A DNA stretch of 64,000 nt from an uncultured Candidatus Saccharibacteria bacterium (GCA_964483475.1 CAZAAH010000003.1:142-64141); one strand, 5' to 3'; positions 7,143 to 17,230 are shown, counted from the first letter of the stretch. The notes: a model not told the origin generated them from the sequence alone. Made by a program: numbers and translations.

Positions 7143-7178
7143 GTTAATGAATTATGAATTAAGAATTACGAATTATGA

Positions 7179-7463
7179 TTATTTTTTTGAAAGTTCTTCC
7201 ATACTCATTGGCTTTTCTGTTTTTTGCCCTTTTTCTTGCTTTGCCATTTCTTTTTCTCTCAACTTTTTCTCTTTTTTAGTGAGCTTGCCCAAAACATTAA
7301 TAACCTCTCTCCCCTTATAATATCCGCAGTGCTGGCACACGGTATGAGGCCTAACCGGCTTTTTGCATTTTTGGCAGGTCGTCAAAGCAGCGGGCCTGAT
7401 GTAAATATGCATCCTCCGTTGCCCTACGCTTGACCTGGTGTGTTTATGTCTTGGAACAGCCAT
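7179..7463 (-). CDS. rpmF: 50S ribosomal protein L32 with C-terminal extension
   Basis: MAVP...CQKC...PHTVCQHCGYYKG. Confidence 0.96.
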   Translation of the reverse strand: MAVPRHKHTRSSVGQRRMHIYIRPAALTTCQKCKKPVRPHTVCQHCGYYKGREVINVLGKLTKKEKKLREKEMAKQEKGQKTEKPMSMEELSKK

Positions 7464-7516
7464 GCTTTTGGAATTATGATTTAAGAATTATGAATTAAGA
7501 TTATGAAGATATCCTA

Positions 7517-8173
7517 TCAAATAAATTCAGTTTTGGCAAGAGCTTTGACCGGGAAAAAAGACTTGCGGTGAATCTTGCAGGGGCCAAATGCATTGAGGTT
7601 TTTTAGGTGCAGTTTTGTGCCGTAGCCCTTGTGAAAATTAAAGCCGTACTCTGGATATTTTTTGTGAAGCTTTTGCATTACTCTGTCTCTTGTGACTTTG
7701 GCAATAATTCCGGCGGCTGTGCAAGAAAAAACCTTTTCATCAGCTGCAATAATCGGTTTTTGTGGAATTTTGGCCTTAATTTTAAAATTTCCGTCTAAAA
7801 TTAGAAATTCTGGCACAGAATTTAAATTTTTAACGGCTTTTTTCATCGCCAACTTCGTGGCTTCTAAAATATTTATTGTGTCTATAATTTTTTCTGAAAC
7901 CATTCCAATACCCCAATCAATTTGTGGATGATTTGTTAGTTTATTATAAAAAAAATCCCTTTGCTTTTGAGATAATTTTTTACTGTCTTTTATCCCAAAA
8001 AACATTTTAATATTAGCGCTAATATTAAAATGTTTTTTGGTTTCGGTTTTAATCATAACAGCTGCGGCCACCACTGGGCCGGCCAGTGGCCCCCTTCCAG
8101 CCTCATCTAGCCCAACAACAAAATTAAATCCTTGCTTCCACAATTTTTTTTCTTCATTGAGATTTGGGTACAT
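7517..8173 (-). CDS. rnhB: Ribonuclease HII
   Basis: GLDEAGRGPLAGPVV, DSKKL, HKGYGT. Confidence 0.97.
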   Translation of the reverse strand: MYPNLNEEKKLWKQGFNFVVGLDEAGRGPLAGPVVAAAVMIKTETKKHFNISANIKMFFGIKDSKKLSQKQRDFFYNKLTNHPQIDWGIGMVSEKIIDTINILEATKLAMKKAVKNLNSVPEFLILDGNFKIKAKIPQKPIIAADEKVFSCTAAGIIAKVTRDRVMQKLHKKYPEYGFNFHKGYGTKLHLKNLNAFGPCKIHRKSFFPVKALAKTEFI

Positions 8174-8224
8174 TAAAGGAATTTTATCATATAAAAAAAG
8201 CTTCGCAAAACTGCAAAGCCTAAC

Positions 8225-8488
8225 TTAAGGTGACCTTTGTGACTCCAGATCATCAACTTCTGACTGAGTTTCCAGTAATTTATACGTTAACAACATACAT
8301 GTAGCAAGCACTCCTGGATCATGGCCCTTATTTTCATAGAAGTCACAAAGATTCTTAATAAAAGCCGCTACACATAGATTTTTTTTAAATAAATGTGTTA
8401 ACATTCTTTGCAAAAAATCACCTTCAGGATTTTCCAATTCATGTTGAATAGAAAAAAGAATCTCTTCGTTGACTATTGGCAAAGGCAT
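8225..8488 (-). CDS. Hypothetical protein
   Basis: RBS AAGGAG before ATG at 8488. Confidence 0.65.
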   Translation of the reverse strand: MPLPIVNEEILFSIQHELENPEGDFLQRMLTHLFKKNLCVAAFIKNLCDFYENKGHDPGVLATCMLLTYKLLETQSEVDDLESQRSP

Positions 8489-8634
8489 TTGAGACTCCTT
8501 GAATGACAAAGTCCTACACATCGCCATTTAATCATATAAATATTTCAATGTAAATACTTTATATATTTTCTAAAACCAGAGCACTAATATATTAGTGCTC
8601 GGCCGAGCACTCAACTTGTTGAGTGCTCTGGTTT

Positions 8635-9120
8635 TCATAATTTTTCCAAGATCTTTAGTTCCAATACATCGTGTTCGGTATCATAAATTGCGAATGTTGG
8701 TTTGAATCTTTGGCCGGCAATCTCGCCCGGATTTATCATTCGACAATTTCCTACTTTATCTTCCCATGGCCGATGAGTATGTCCGTAAAAAACCAAGTCG
8801 TATTTGCCGGATTCCGCCATTTCTCTGGCAACATCTGGATAATGGTTAAAAAAAATCTTTCTTGCCCTGAGCCCGGTCGAAGGGTTGCCTCCCAACTCTA
8901 ACTCCATGGTTTCTGGAACGTTTTCCAAATCATAATCCCCATTTCCTCTTACAAATTTAACCTCACCTTTAAAATTTTTTGTGATTTCATCCGTCGTTTC
9001 TTGACTGCAAATATCTCCGCAATGCAAAAGAAACCCAATTTTTTCTTTATTGAGCCAATCTATAGCTTTGTTTGCGTTTTTTATATTGTCGTGAGTGTCA
9101 GAAATAATCGCAAATTTCAT
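8635..9120 (-). CDS. YfcE/MJ0936-family metallophosphoesterase
   Basis: SDTH, HCGD, RGNGD, GHTH, NPG motifs. Confidence 0.92.
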   Translation of the reverse strand: MKFAIISDTHDNIKNANKAIDWLNKEKIGFLLHCGDICSQETTDEITKNFKGEVKFVRGNGDYDLENVPETMELELGGNPSTGLRARKIFFNHYPDVAREMAESGKYDLVFYGHTHRPWEDKVGNCRMINPGEIAGQRFKPTFAIYDTEHDVLELKILEKL

Positions 9121-9125
9121 TTTAA

Positions 9126-9701
9126 CTAATGAGAGTAAGTGCCCATCAACTGGCCACTGCCGATAATATGACCTTCCATTGCGCTATCAACTTCTTTTCT
9201 GTTTGGGGTTTTATCAAATTGCAAGGTATGATCCAGCGCAAAAACTTTAAAATAGTATCGATGGGTTCCCGAGGGAGGACAAGGGCCACTATATTCCAAT
9301 TTTCCAAAGTCGTTTTCTCCCAATAAAGCGCTTCTTTGCTCAAATATTAAGGTTCCTTTTGGAATGTTGTCTTCCCCAATTTCTCTGGTATCTGGAGCAA
9401 TATTAAAAAGGATCCAATGGGTAAAAGTTCCAGAAGGGGCATCTGGGTCGTCAACAATCAAAGCCAAACTTTTAGCCTTTTTAGGAACTCCATCAATCAA
9501 AATGGATGGGTTGATATTTTGGCCGTCGCAAGTATATTTTTCGGGAATGTTTTGGCCTTCTAAAAAATTTAAACTGCTTACTTTTACTTTTATCATATTT
9601 TTATTATTGTAAAGAGGCTGTTTTAAATGTAAAAGGTAAAAAGTTAAAAATACAGCTAAAACTACAAAAATTATTAAAAATATTAACGATTTCTTCATCA
9701 T
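9126..9701 (-). CDS. YbhB/YbcL (PEBP) family protein with N-terminal TM anchor
   Basis: DDPDAP, FTHW, YSGPCPP, HRYYF. Confidence 0.93.
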   Translation of the reverse strand: MMKKSLIFLIIFVVLAVFLTFYLLHLKQPLYNNKNMIKVKVSSLNFLEGQNIPEKYTCDGQNINPSILIDGVPKKAKSLALIVDDPDAPSGTFTHWILFNIAPDTREIGEDNIPKGTLIFEQRSALLGENDFGKLEYSGPCPPSGTHRYYFKVFALDHTLQFDKTPNRKEVDSAMEGHIIGSGQLMGTYSH

Positions 9702-9712
9702 CTATAGACCCA

Positions 9713-10018
9713 TTATGACTCGTCAAGGATTATTTTATCCTTAAATTTCCCTCGCTCTTTGGTTTTTTGATTTTTAATAATCTCTATTTCTTCCCGTTTG
9801 AATTTTTTATAATCAATAACGGCGTCAATTACCTCTAAGATATCTGCCATTTCCCCAATGCTCTCTGATTCCAAAAATTCTTTGATCTCCTCTTGGAGTT
9901 TTTCTTTTAATTTTTCCCAATATTCTTTTTCATCCGCAATATGAAAAACAGGATTCTCTCCTTTAGACTTTATGTATTCAGGAATTTTATCTCTTACCAA
10001 TTAGTTATATTTTGTCAT
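9713..10018 (-). pseudogene. MazG-like/phosphoribosyl-ATP pyrophosphohydrolase family protein with in-frame TAA at codon 6
   Basis: ATG ACA AAA TAT AAC TAA TTG GTA AGA GAT = MTKYN*LVRDKIP; KL.EE..EF and EMADILEV motifs. Confidence 0.7.
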
Positions 10019-10894
10019 TTAGCCCGCGACGCACTGGTTAAAAATATTAACCTGGTTATTATATTGCAAAATAAGATTTTTAGTTTCCTGGTTTAATGAA
10101 TTATATTGAGCAACCAAATTATTATATTCGTCCACAAGCTCGTTGTATTCAGCTGACCTTGGGTTTGTATTATTAATTTCTTGCCTTTTCGCGTCTATTT
10201 GAGCCGATAATTGATCTAGTTGATTTTTATTGGCTTCAATTTGGTTTTTTAAGCTAATACTTGGTTGTCTGCACGAGGAAAGCGGCAAGCCAAATTCTTG
10301 CACTCCAATCCAAACTGTCTCACCCTTGTAAGTTCCCTTTATAATTGCCACCCCAATATCAACAAATCTTTTATTCAAAATATTTGCTCTGTGGCCCGGA
10401 CTATTCATCCAATCTTGAACCACTTCCTTTTCGCTTGAGAAGTTTCCAAGTATCAAATTTTCGCCGCTAACCACATAATCATAGCCATAACTTTTGACCA
10501 ACATTCCAGGATCAATGCCTGATGGCGAAACGTGCTCAAAATATTGTTTATTAAACATATCTTGGGCCTTTGCCTTGGCAGCAGCATCCAATTTTGTATT
10601 TTCAATTAAGGGAGGGAGCTGGCCATTGTCATAGCGCTGAATATTTGTCTCAGCTATTATTTTTGTCTTGGTTAAAACAACATTATTCTCCCTACCACCG
10701 ATATTCAACGGTGTTGGAGCAAAAATTTCTTTTTTAACCTCTTCTATAATGTTTCCCAAATCCGTTTTTTGAAAAGCCACCAAATTTTTCGCAGCATTAT
10801 TAAAAACCTTCAAGATATTATCTTTAAATAAAAAACCTGCGCCACCCAAAATAATAATTATCAATAACCAAACTAAAATTCTATTTTTCGTCAT
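10019..10894 (-). CDS. CAP/SCP-domain membrane-anchored protein
   Basis: YFEH, GENL, WMNSPGHRANIL; coiled-coil tail. Confidence 0.92.
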   Translation of the reverse strand: MTKNRILVWLLIIIILGGAGFLFKDNILKVFNNAAKNLVAFQKTDLGNIIEEVKKEIFAPTPLNIGGRENNVVLTKTKIIAETNIQRYDNGQLPPLIENTKLDAAAKAKAQDMFNKQYFEHVSPSGIDPGMLVKSYGYDYVVSGENLILGNFSSEKEVVQDWMNSPGHRANILNKRFVDIGVAIIKGTYKGETVWIGVQEFGLPLSSCRQPSISLKNQIEANKNQLDQLSAQIDAKRQEINNTNPRSAEYNELVDEYNNLVAQYNSLNQETKNLILQYNNQVNIFNQCVAG

Positions 10895-11480
10895 AATTTT
10901 TTATCACTTTAAAATCTTCGAACATTTGTTTTCTCAAGCTGTCTTGGTACAAGGCGACAGCCGGGTGGTATAACGTGATAATTTTTATATCTCCGTACGA
11001 CGCTTTTGCTGGAAAAACTTTTCCGTGAATTTTGCTGATTGTTTGCAATTCGCCCGAAAGACCAAATTTATTCATTATATAAGCCATTGAGTATCTGCCC
11101 AGGGTCGCAATGACTTTTGGTTGGATTATTTCAATTTGCCTGTCCAAAAAAGAAGAGTATAATTTTATTTCTTCTGGCAGGGGATCTCTGTTTTCTGGCG
11201 GCCGGTCTTTGACGATGTTGGTAATATAAACATCTTCCCTTTTCAAACCGATTGACTCTATGAGCTGGGTCAGTATATTGCCGGCCGCGCCACAAAATGG
11301 CCTTCCTGTGGCCGCCTCATTTTTACCAGGCGCCTCGCCAACAAACATAATTTTGGCATCATGATTTCCCTCTCCGACAACCGGAAAAACTTTATTGCCC
11401 ACTCTTATTTTATACAGCGGAGATTCTTTAAAATCTATTAATTCTTCCTTAATCTTTTTTAAAGATTCGTATTTTGTCAT
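10881..11480 (-). CDS. Family 4 uracil-DNA glycosylase
   Basis: GEAPG, GRPFCG, RPPENRDP, YHPA. Confidence 0.93.
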   Translation of the reverse strand: MTKYESLKKIKEELIDFKESPLYKIRVGNKVFPVVGEGNHDAKIMFVGEAPGKNEAATGRPFCGAAGNILTQLIESIGLKREDVYITNIVKDRPPENRDPLPEEIKLYSSFLDRQIEIIQPKVIATLGRYSMAYIMNKFGLSGELQTISKIHGKVFPAKASYGDIKIITLYHPAVALYQDSLRKQMFEDFKVIKNYDEK

Positions 11481-12757
11481 TCAAAATTCAATTTGATTTT
11501 AATCCTGCTACCGTCGCTTGGGGCTTTTTTAACCCAGAACGGCCAAAAATTTACTTTTACTTTTGAAATTTTTTCTCCGTACATTTGACTGATAATATCT
11601 TCAATATTTCCATCTGATTTTCTTTTTGCCAAATCAATTACATTATCGTTGTCTACTTTGTAGTAGGTATTAACTGAAGACTGTAGATTTATGGTTTCTT
11701 TTCCGCCCTGAACATCAACTAAATCTGGATTATAATTTAATTTCAATGTTTTCTCCAAAAAACTTTGGGAGTCCGATAATTTAGACGAAATGTCATCTTT
11801 GACTAATTCTTCCAAGTCCTGTTTCTTAAAAACTAATGCCGAAAATGTCACTTTCATTGACTCGTTGAATTTATCAGCTATGGAATCTGGTTTTGCATCA
11901 CAATTAAAGTCAGCTACATTATTTGAAATAGCCTCGTCAAATAAAACTTCGTCTGAAGCAATTTTTTTCTTGAGCAAATCCTCGGCTTGCCCGGAAAGTT
12001 TTTTTGTCAAAAGGTCTTTGGCCTCCAAAATGTCGTCTTTAGTCACTTTTTTTAATTTTCCGGTATAGCCTCCAGACATAGAGCCACTAGACTCGCCCCA
12101 AATGCTGTAATAAAAAGCTGTTCCGGATAATTTTGGCACAGACCACTTGGCGGCCCCTATGTTATAATCCATTCCAGCTTCTTGGGCCTGGACTTTCACA
12201 TTAACTGAACCAGCTTTACCTTTTTGGGCCGAGGGAATCACAACTTTTTCAACAGAGACAAAATATTTTCCCGAGTCAGACACAAAGTGAGTTCCAGCCT
12301 TTAATGTAAAGGGCTCTGACGGACTGATTTTATTATAAACTTTTATGACGCCAGAGGCCTTGCTGTCATTTGATGTCAATCCGGTTGAAGGAAACTCCTG
12401 CTGCCCTTCTTGATCTTGTTCTATATACCTAGCCGGAATAACCTTACTAGCTAAATCAATTTCACTAAATGATTTATCGGCTGTTACTTTTTCTTGAATA
12501 TTAAAACTATCAACTTTTGGCCAAATTTGGATCTCGGCCTTGGGCAACTTAGAAATAACATAGATAGCCAGCAAAATAATTATTACCGATCCCCCAACCA
12601 AAATCTCTCTTAATGGAAAGCGCTTTTTTTCTTTTTTGTGACTTCTGGTTTTGTGTTTTTTCTTGGCGCCGCCATCCTCATTAAGAAAAGCCTTAACTTC
12701 TTTTTCAAACTTATGAGCTACTTTTGGGGGCAGAATGTCGTAAATTTTCTTTGGCAT
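11477..12757 (-). CDS. CPR conserved membrane protein (baseplate-J-like domain)
   Basis: N-terminal DILPP, TM helix, A.GVIKVYN, V.VQA..G..YNI, PFWV C-terminus. Confidence 0.6.
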   Translation of the reverse strand: MPKKIYDILPPKVAHKFEKEVKAFLNEDGGAKKKHKTRSHKKEKKRFPLREILVGGSVIIILLAIYVISKLPKAEIQIWPKVDSFNIQEKVTADKSFSEIDLASKVIPARYIEQDQEGQQEFPSTGLTSNDSKASGVIKVYNKISPSEPFTLKAGTHFVSDSGKYFVSVEKVVIPSAQKGKAGSVNVKVQAQEAGMDYNIGAAKWSVPKLSGTAFYYSIWGESSGSMSGGYTGKLKKVTKDDILEAKDLLTKKLSGQAEDLLKKKIASDEVLFDEAISNNVADFNCDAKPDSIADKFNESMKVTFSALVFKKQDLEELVKDDISSKLSDSQSFLEKTLKLNYNPDLVDVQGGKETINLQSSVNTYYKVDNDNVIDLAKRKSDGNIEDIISQMYGEKISKVKVNFWPFWVKKAPSDGSRIKIKLNFE

Positions 12758-12787
12758 TTTCAGATTTTAAGTTTTAGGTTTCACGTT

Positions 12788-14524
12788 TTAGGTTTCAAGT
12801 TTGGCTTTTATTCGACGAACTCCAGAGCCAACAGCTTCTTCTTTGATAATTTTAAACTTTCCTAGCTCGGACGTGTTTTTAACGTGGGGGCCTCCGCAAA
12901 ATTCCTTGCTGAAAATATTGCCCTTTTTATCTTCAATAAAGTAAACAGATACTACATCTCCGTATTTTACACCAAACTCCATTTCTGCGCCAATTTTTTG
13001 AGCTTCTTCTTTTGGCATTTCCTTTTTAACCACGTTCAATCCTTCTTTTATTTTTTGGTTGACCATGGTCTCAATCTTGCTTTTTTCCTCATCGGTAATT
13101 TTCCGGTCAAAAGAAAAATCAATCCTCAATCTTTCTGAATTAATATTACTCCCCCTTTGTTTTATTTGCTTGCCAAACAGTTGCTGCAAAGCCGCCAAGA
13201 GCAAATGATGGGCCGTGTGTAGCTTTATGGTTTCTGGCTTATCATCGGCCAAACCCCCCTTGAACATCCCAGCAGATGCCGATCTACTCAAATCTTTATG
13301 TTCTTTCATCTTCCTCTCAAAATCCTGCATATCTCTTTTTCGATTATTTTCTTTATCTAATTCAAGTGTTAGTTCAATAGGAAAACCATATGTAGTAAAA
13401 AGAATGAATGGATCTTCATTTTCTTCATATTTCTTTTTGCCAGCTTGTAATGTTTTTCCAAAGAACATCACTTCTTTTTCAATAGTCTGTTTTATTTGAT
13501 CTTTTTTATTACCAAAATCATAGACCCCCCTATACTTTTCCATTACCATTTCGGCTAAGTCCGACAGAGTAATATCTTTTAATCCAATAGAATTTGAATA
13601 ATAGATAGCCCTTCGTAAAATGCGTCGTAACACATAACCACGATCAGTATTTGATGGCTCTATACCATCCGTAATTAAAAACACTGAAGCACGAATATGA
13701 TCAGTAATAATTCTTTTCCCTTTGACGTCATCTGAATTGCTATTCCTGCTAATTTCTAACAAAAGAGGTTCTAATACATCAGTTTTATATACGTTTTCAT
13801 ATCCATTTAAGACAGCAAGGGTTCTTTCAAATCCCATACCCGTATCTACATTTTTTTGTTCAGCTAAAATATATTTACCATTACTATCCTTAACATACTC
13901 CATGAAAACATTATTCCAAATTTCAACCCAATTTTTATTCGTAGGTTCAAATTTTTCTGGAGCAGGAATGGTATTGGATTTCCAGTAGAAAATTTCTGTA
14001 TCGGGACCGCACGGGCCAATCTTTCCTACCGGACCCCACCAGTTATCTTCTTTTGGCAAAAAGGCGATTCTTTCTTTTGTAACCCCGTGAGATTTCCATA
14101 TTTCCGCCGATTCTTCATCTTTTGGCGCGTCTTTATCTCCTATAAAACAAGATACTGCTAATCTTTCTATGGGAATCTGCAATTCTTTCGTTAGAAATTC
14201 AAAACTCCACTGGATTGATTCCTTTTTCCAGTAATCGCCCAGCGACCAATTTCCCAACATTTCAAAAAAAGTTAAATGTGTATCATCTCCTACCTCATCA
14301 ATATCAACAGTCCGAAAACATTTTTGAGCATTAACTAATCTTTTACCTTCTGGATGAGATTGACCCAATAAAAAAGGTATTAAGGGTTGCATACCCGCAG
14401 TAATAAATAATGTTTTTTGTTGTGCACCCGTTTCTGCTGGAACTAAAGAAGCGCTAGGAATGATTTTATGCCCGTTTTTCTCAAAAAAATCCAAGAATTT
14501 TTTCCTTAATTCAGATGAATTCAT
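12788..14524 (-). CDS. alaS: Alanine--tRNA ligase (short form, no C-Ala domain)
   Basis: FITAGMQP, HLTFFEMLGN, DTGMGFER, HTAHH, FCGGPHV, GVRRIKA at the C-terminus. Confidence 0.96.
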   Translation of the reverse strand: MNSSELRKKFLDFFEKNGHKIIPSASLVPAETGAQQKTLFITAGMQPLIPFLLGQSHPEGKRLVNAQKCFRTVDIDEVGDDTHLTFFEMLGNWSLGDYWKKESIQWSFEFLTKELQIPIERLAVSCFIGDKDAPKDEESAEIWKSHGVTKERIAFLPKEDNWWGPVGKIGPCGPDTEIFYWKSNTIPAPEKFEPTNKNWVEIWNNVFMEYVKDSNGKYILAEQKNVDTGMGFERTLAVLNGYENVYKTDVLEPLLLEISRNSNSDDVKGKRIITDHIRASVFLITDGIEPSNTDRGYVLRRILRRAIYYSNSIGLKDITLSDLAEMVMEKYRGVYDFGNKKDQIKQTIEKEVMFFGKTLQAGKKKYEENEDPFILFTTYGFPIELTLELDKENNRKRDMQDFERKMKEHKDLSRSASAGMFKGGLADDKPETIKLHTAHHLLLAALQQLFGKQIKQRGSNINSERLRIDFSFDRKITDEEKSKIETMVNQKIKEGLNVVKKEMPKEEAQKIGAEMEFGVKYGDVVSVYFIEDKKGNIFSKEFCGGPHVKNTSELGKFKIIKEEAVGSGVRRIKAKLET

Positions 14525-14554
14525 TACCGTATTATAACAAAAAAGTTTTAGAAC

Positions 14555-14583
14555 GCAAAACGCCCCGTCACGGGGCGTTTTGC
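14555..14583. terminator. Bidirectional terminator
   Basis: GCAAAACGCCCCG-TCA-CGGGGCGTTTTGC. Confidence 0.75.
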
Positions 14584-14598
14584 CTATATTTAAAAATG

Positions 14599-14826
14599 TT
14601 ATTTGAACGCCAATAAATCTTTAAGCTCCTTTACTTCCGCTTCCAATCTTTCAATCCTCACCTTGTGGTCAGCTAATATTAATTTTTCTATCTTATCAAA
14701 ACGCTTATCCACCAAATCAAAACGTTTATTCATTTCTGACTTGGTGGCCATTCTTTCGGTCACATCATTAAATCCGTTCTGGACCATAACCGCCAAGTCA
14801 TCAATGGTAACATCTTTTTTGCTCAT
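14599..14826 (-). CDS. Small coiled-coil hypothetical protein (TIDDLA.MV..GF family)
   Basis: Shares N-terminal motif with the ORF at 33461-33700. Confidence 0.75.
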   Translation of the reverse strand: MSKKDVTIDDLAVMVQNGFNDVTERMATKSEMNKRFDLVDKRFDKIEKLILADHKVRIERLEAEVKELKDLLAFK

Positions 14827-14861
14827 AGGTTCATTATACTGTTTCAACCAACCGTGTCAAT

Positions 14862-15389
14862 TTAGGTATACCGATCAGCCACCACTGAAGCCGCAAAGGA
14901 CATGGGCTTTATCCTCGGCTCAAAACCATTGGCTCTGATCAACCCCGTCACCTCTTTTATCATTTCCTTGGTTTTGCCCTGCTCCCCGACGTCAGCATGA
15001 ATATACTGAAACTGGTAATTAAAATCCGGCCTTGAGCCCCCAAAATCTTTTTCCAACGTTTCCCTCAAGGACAGTGCCAATTCGCACGACAAATACACTT
15101 CTTGCAAAATTCTCTGCTTCCAATTAATGTGCATAAATTTTTTCAAGTAAGCATCGGGATAGTGCATTTTTTTCAAAAAAAACCGGCCGCCGGCGCCCGA
15201 TCTCAAAACAACAATGGCAATTGGGAAAAAGGGCTTATCTGACGAAGGCGAGTCGCATCCCACCACAATATCATAAAAAAAGGCAGGGGCGGAAGCAATG
15301 TAACGGTAAATTTCTTGGATAACTTCCTTAAACTCCAGCTCTCCGCGGCTTGGATTAAAAAATGATCCGTTTTGTATTTCGTGATTCAT
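14862..15389 (-). CDS. Ribonuclease H-like YkuK family protein
   Basis: VGCDS, G.GGRFF, IHADVG..GKT, IKP.SFAASVVADRY. Confidence 0.85.
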   Translation of the reverse strand: MNHEIQNGSFFNPSRGELEFKEVIQEIYRYIASAPAFFYDIVVGCDSPSSDKPFFPIAIVVLRSGAGGRFFLKKMHYPDAYLKKFMHINWKQRILQEVYLSCELALSLRETLEKDFGGSRPDFNYQFQYIHADVGEQGKTKEMIKEVTGLIRANGFEPRIKPMSFAASVVADRYT

Positions 15390-15491
15390 ATTGCCTGATA
15401 ATACTACCAAAAAATCTGCTTGTCAAAGTATAATAAAAAAAGCACGGTCGATTATTCAACAGTGCTTCAACAGCTAAACTCACTAAAAGAA

Positions 15492-16213
15492 CTATCTTTG
15501 GCCGGTCAGTTCGGCCCAGTGGTGCTTTGGCTTGAGCCGCTGCGACCCAGCCTTGCAAAGCGGACAATCCTCTGGCTTCCACTTTTGAATATCGCAGTGG
15601 ACCAGGTACACAATCTTCTGGCCTTCAATTTCGTAAACGTCAGAACGGTGGACCAAAACTACTGGCGTCGCAAAGTTAATTGGATAATCAGGATGGGCAT
15701 CCCGAATCCCCTTGCGCACCGCTAAGAGTGTTGACGCGGTTGTCATCAGCTCTTCTGCCTGCAAGACAACTTCGTCTGGCCCAATGGTGAATCTTTTCCA
15801 CAGCTGAGACTTTCGGGGCCCTTTTCCGTGAAGTCATGCTGAGCACCCATGGCAATGGCAACGCTGTGGGAAAAATCGGCTCCGGCGTGATCTGAACCAA
15901 CCACCCAGTCAACTCTTTTGTTTTGTTCACGCCACTCACAAAGCTCTTCGTATTTATAAGAGGCCAACTCTCCAAAAATCTGGCAGAGGTTTGAGTACCG
16001 CAAAGCCCTCAACGTATCGACAAACCCGTTGCTGCAGTCTCCAGCCGTGAGCTCGGCATGGGGATCTTTGGGATCGCCAGAGTGCAGCCACAGGGCGTCG
16101 CATAGTTTAAGGACGTGGGTTATCTCTTTCTCGCCAAATTTAATGAAAGCGGTGTCCCGGGCTTTTAACCTTCTCAACTCATCCACGCTTTTCATTTCCA
16201 GAATTTTGGTCAT
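15492..16213 (-). pseudogene. pyrE: Orotate phosphoribosyltransferase-like gene, frameshifted at ~15813
   Basis: HAELTAG.CSNGF...FTEKGP in one frame; PRPP loop VLQAEELMTT and CPLCKAGS in the -1 frame; adjacent to pyrF. Confidence 0.75.
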
Positions 16214-16214
16214 G

Positions 16215-17048
16215 TCAGGCTCCCTTCCGGTATTGGTTCATGAGGTTGTGAAGTTGCAACGCTTTCTCCCGCGGGTCATCAGCAAAGATGACGTCCCGGG
16301 AAGAGTTGATGATCAACCCCTTGCCTCGGCTGTCCATTCCAGCTTTCATCGTAGCCTCAAGGTCTCCGCCTTGGGCTCCGATGCCCGGCGCCAAAATCGG
16401 CAAATTGCCAATGATTTGGCGGATCCTGCTCAATTCAGTTGGATGGGTTGCCCCAGCCACAACCGCGCAGTTTCCGTATCGGTTCCATTCCTTGGCGACC
16501 CTTGTGGCAACATATTGGTAGAGACTCAACGAAATGCTTTCGTCAATGACAATGTCCTGAAGCTCGCCGGCTCCCGGGTTGGAGGTTCTAACAAGCACAA
16601 AAATTCCCTTGTCCTTGCGTTCAAGGAACGGCTTGAGCGCCTCGCCACCCAGATAAGGACTTACTGTGATGGCGTCGGCCTTCAGCCAATCAAAGGCCAT
16701 TTCGGCCGTGCCATTGTTGGTGTTCCCGATGTCTCCGGCTTTCCTATCAAGAATCACCGGAACATCTGGCGCAGCTTCGTGAATGTAACGCATAGTGTGT
16801 CGGAGGGCCGCTAATCCTTCGTCTCCATACTCCTCGTAGAAGGCAAAGTTTGGCTTGTAGGCGCAAACTAAATCCTTGGTTGCCTCAACAATCGTACAAT
16901 TAAAATTGTACATCATGTACTCTGCGGACGTGCCAGTACCGATGAATCTTTTTGGAATTTTTGCTCAATCGCTATCCAGCCCAACACATAAAAACTTTCC
17001 TTCATCCCACTTTTTCCCAATCATTTCCATGAAATTTCGCTCAGCCAT
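16215..17048 (-). pseudogene. pyrF: Orotidine-5'-phosphate decarboxylase with in-frame TGA at 16965-16967
   Basis: MAERNF...LCVGLDSD*AKIP..., YKPNFAFY, ILDRKAGDIGNT, PGIGAQGG. Confidence 0.88.
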
Positions 17049-17135
17049 TACACACGCTCCCTTCTGGTAAAACTCTGTTCAATTGACAAGGATCTCTCCA
17101 CAACAACGATTACTCAACTTACCAAAAAAACTCTT

Positions 17136-17185
17136 AGAAATCAACTTTCTTATTGTAAAAAGAAATCAACTTTCTTATTGTAAAA
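17136..17185. repeat. 25-bp tandem duplication
   Basis: AGAAATCAACTTTCTTATTGTAAAA x2. Confidence 0.9.
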
Positions 17186-17230
17186 AATAGTTAATCATAC
17201 TCATCCCACTCTATTGCTACCTTATTACAC

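Noticed and set aside
16965-16967. TGA recoded as Gly/Trp (genetic code 25 or 4)
   Set aside because: TGA terminates conserved genes here (rpsS, rplR, rnhB, ftsE) and core genes have no internal TGA.
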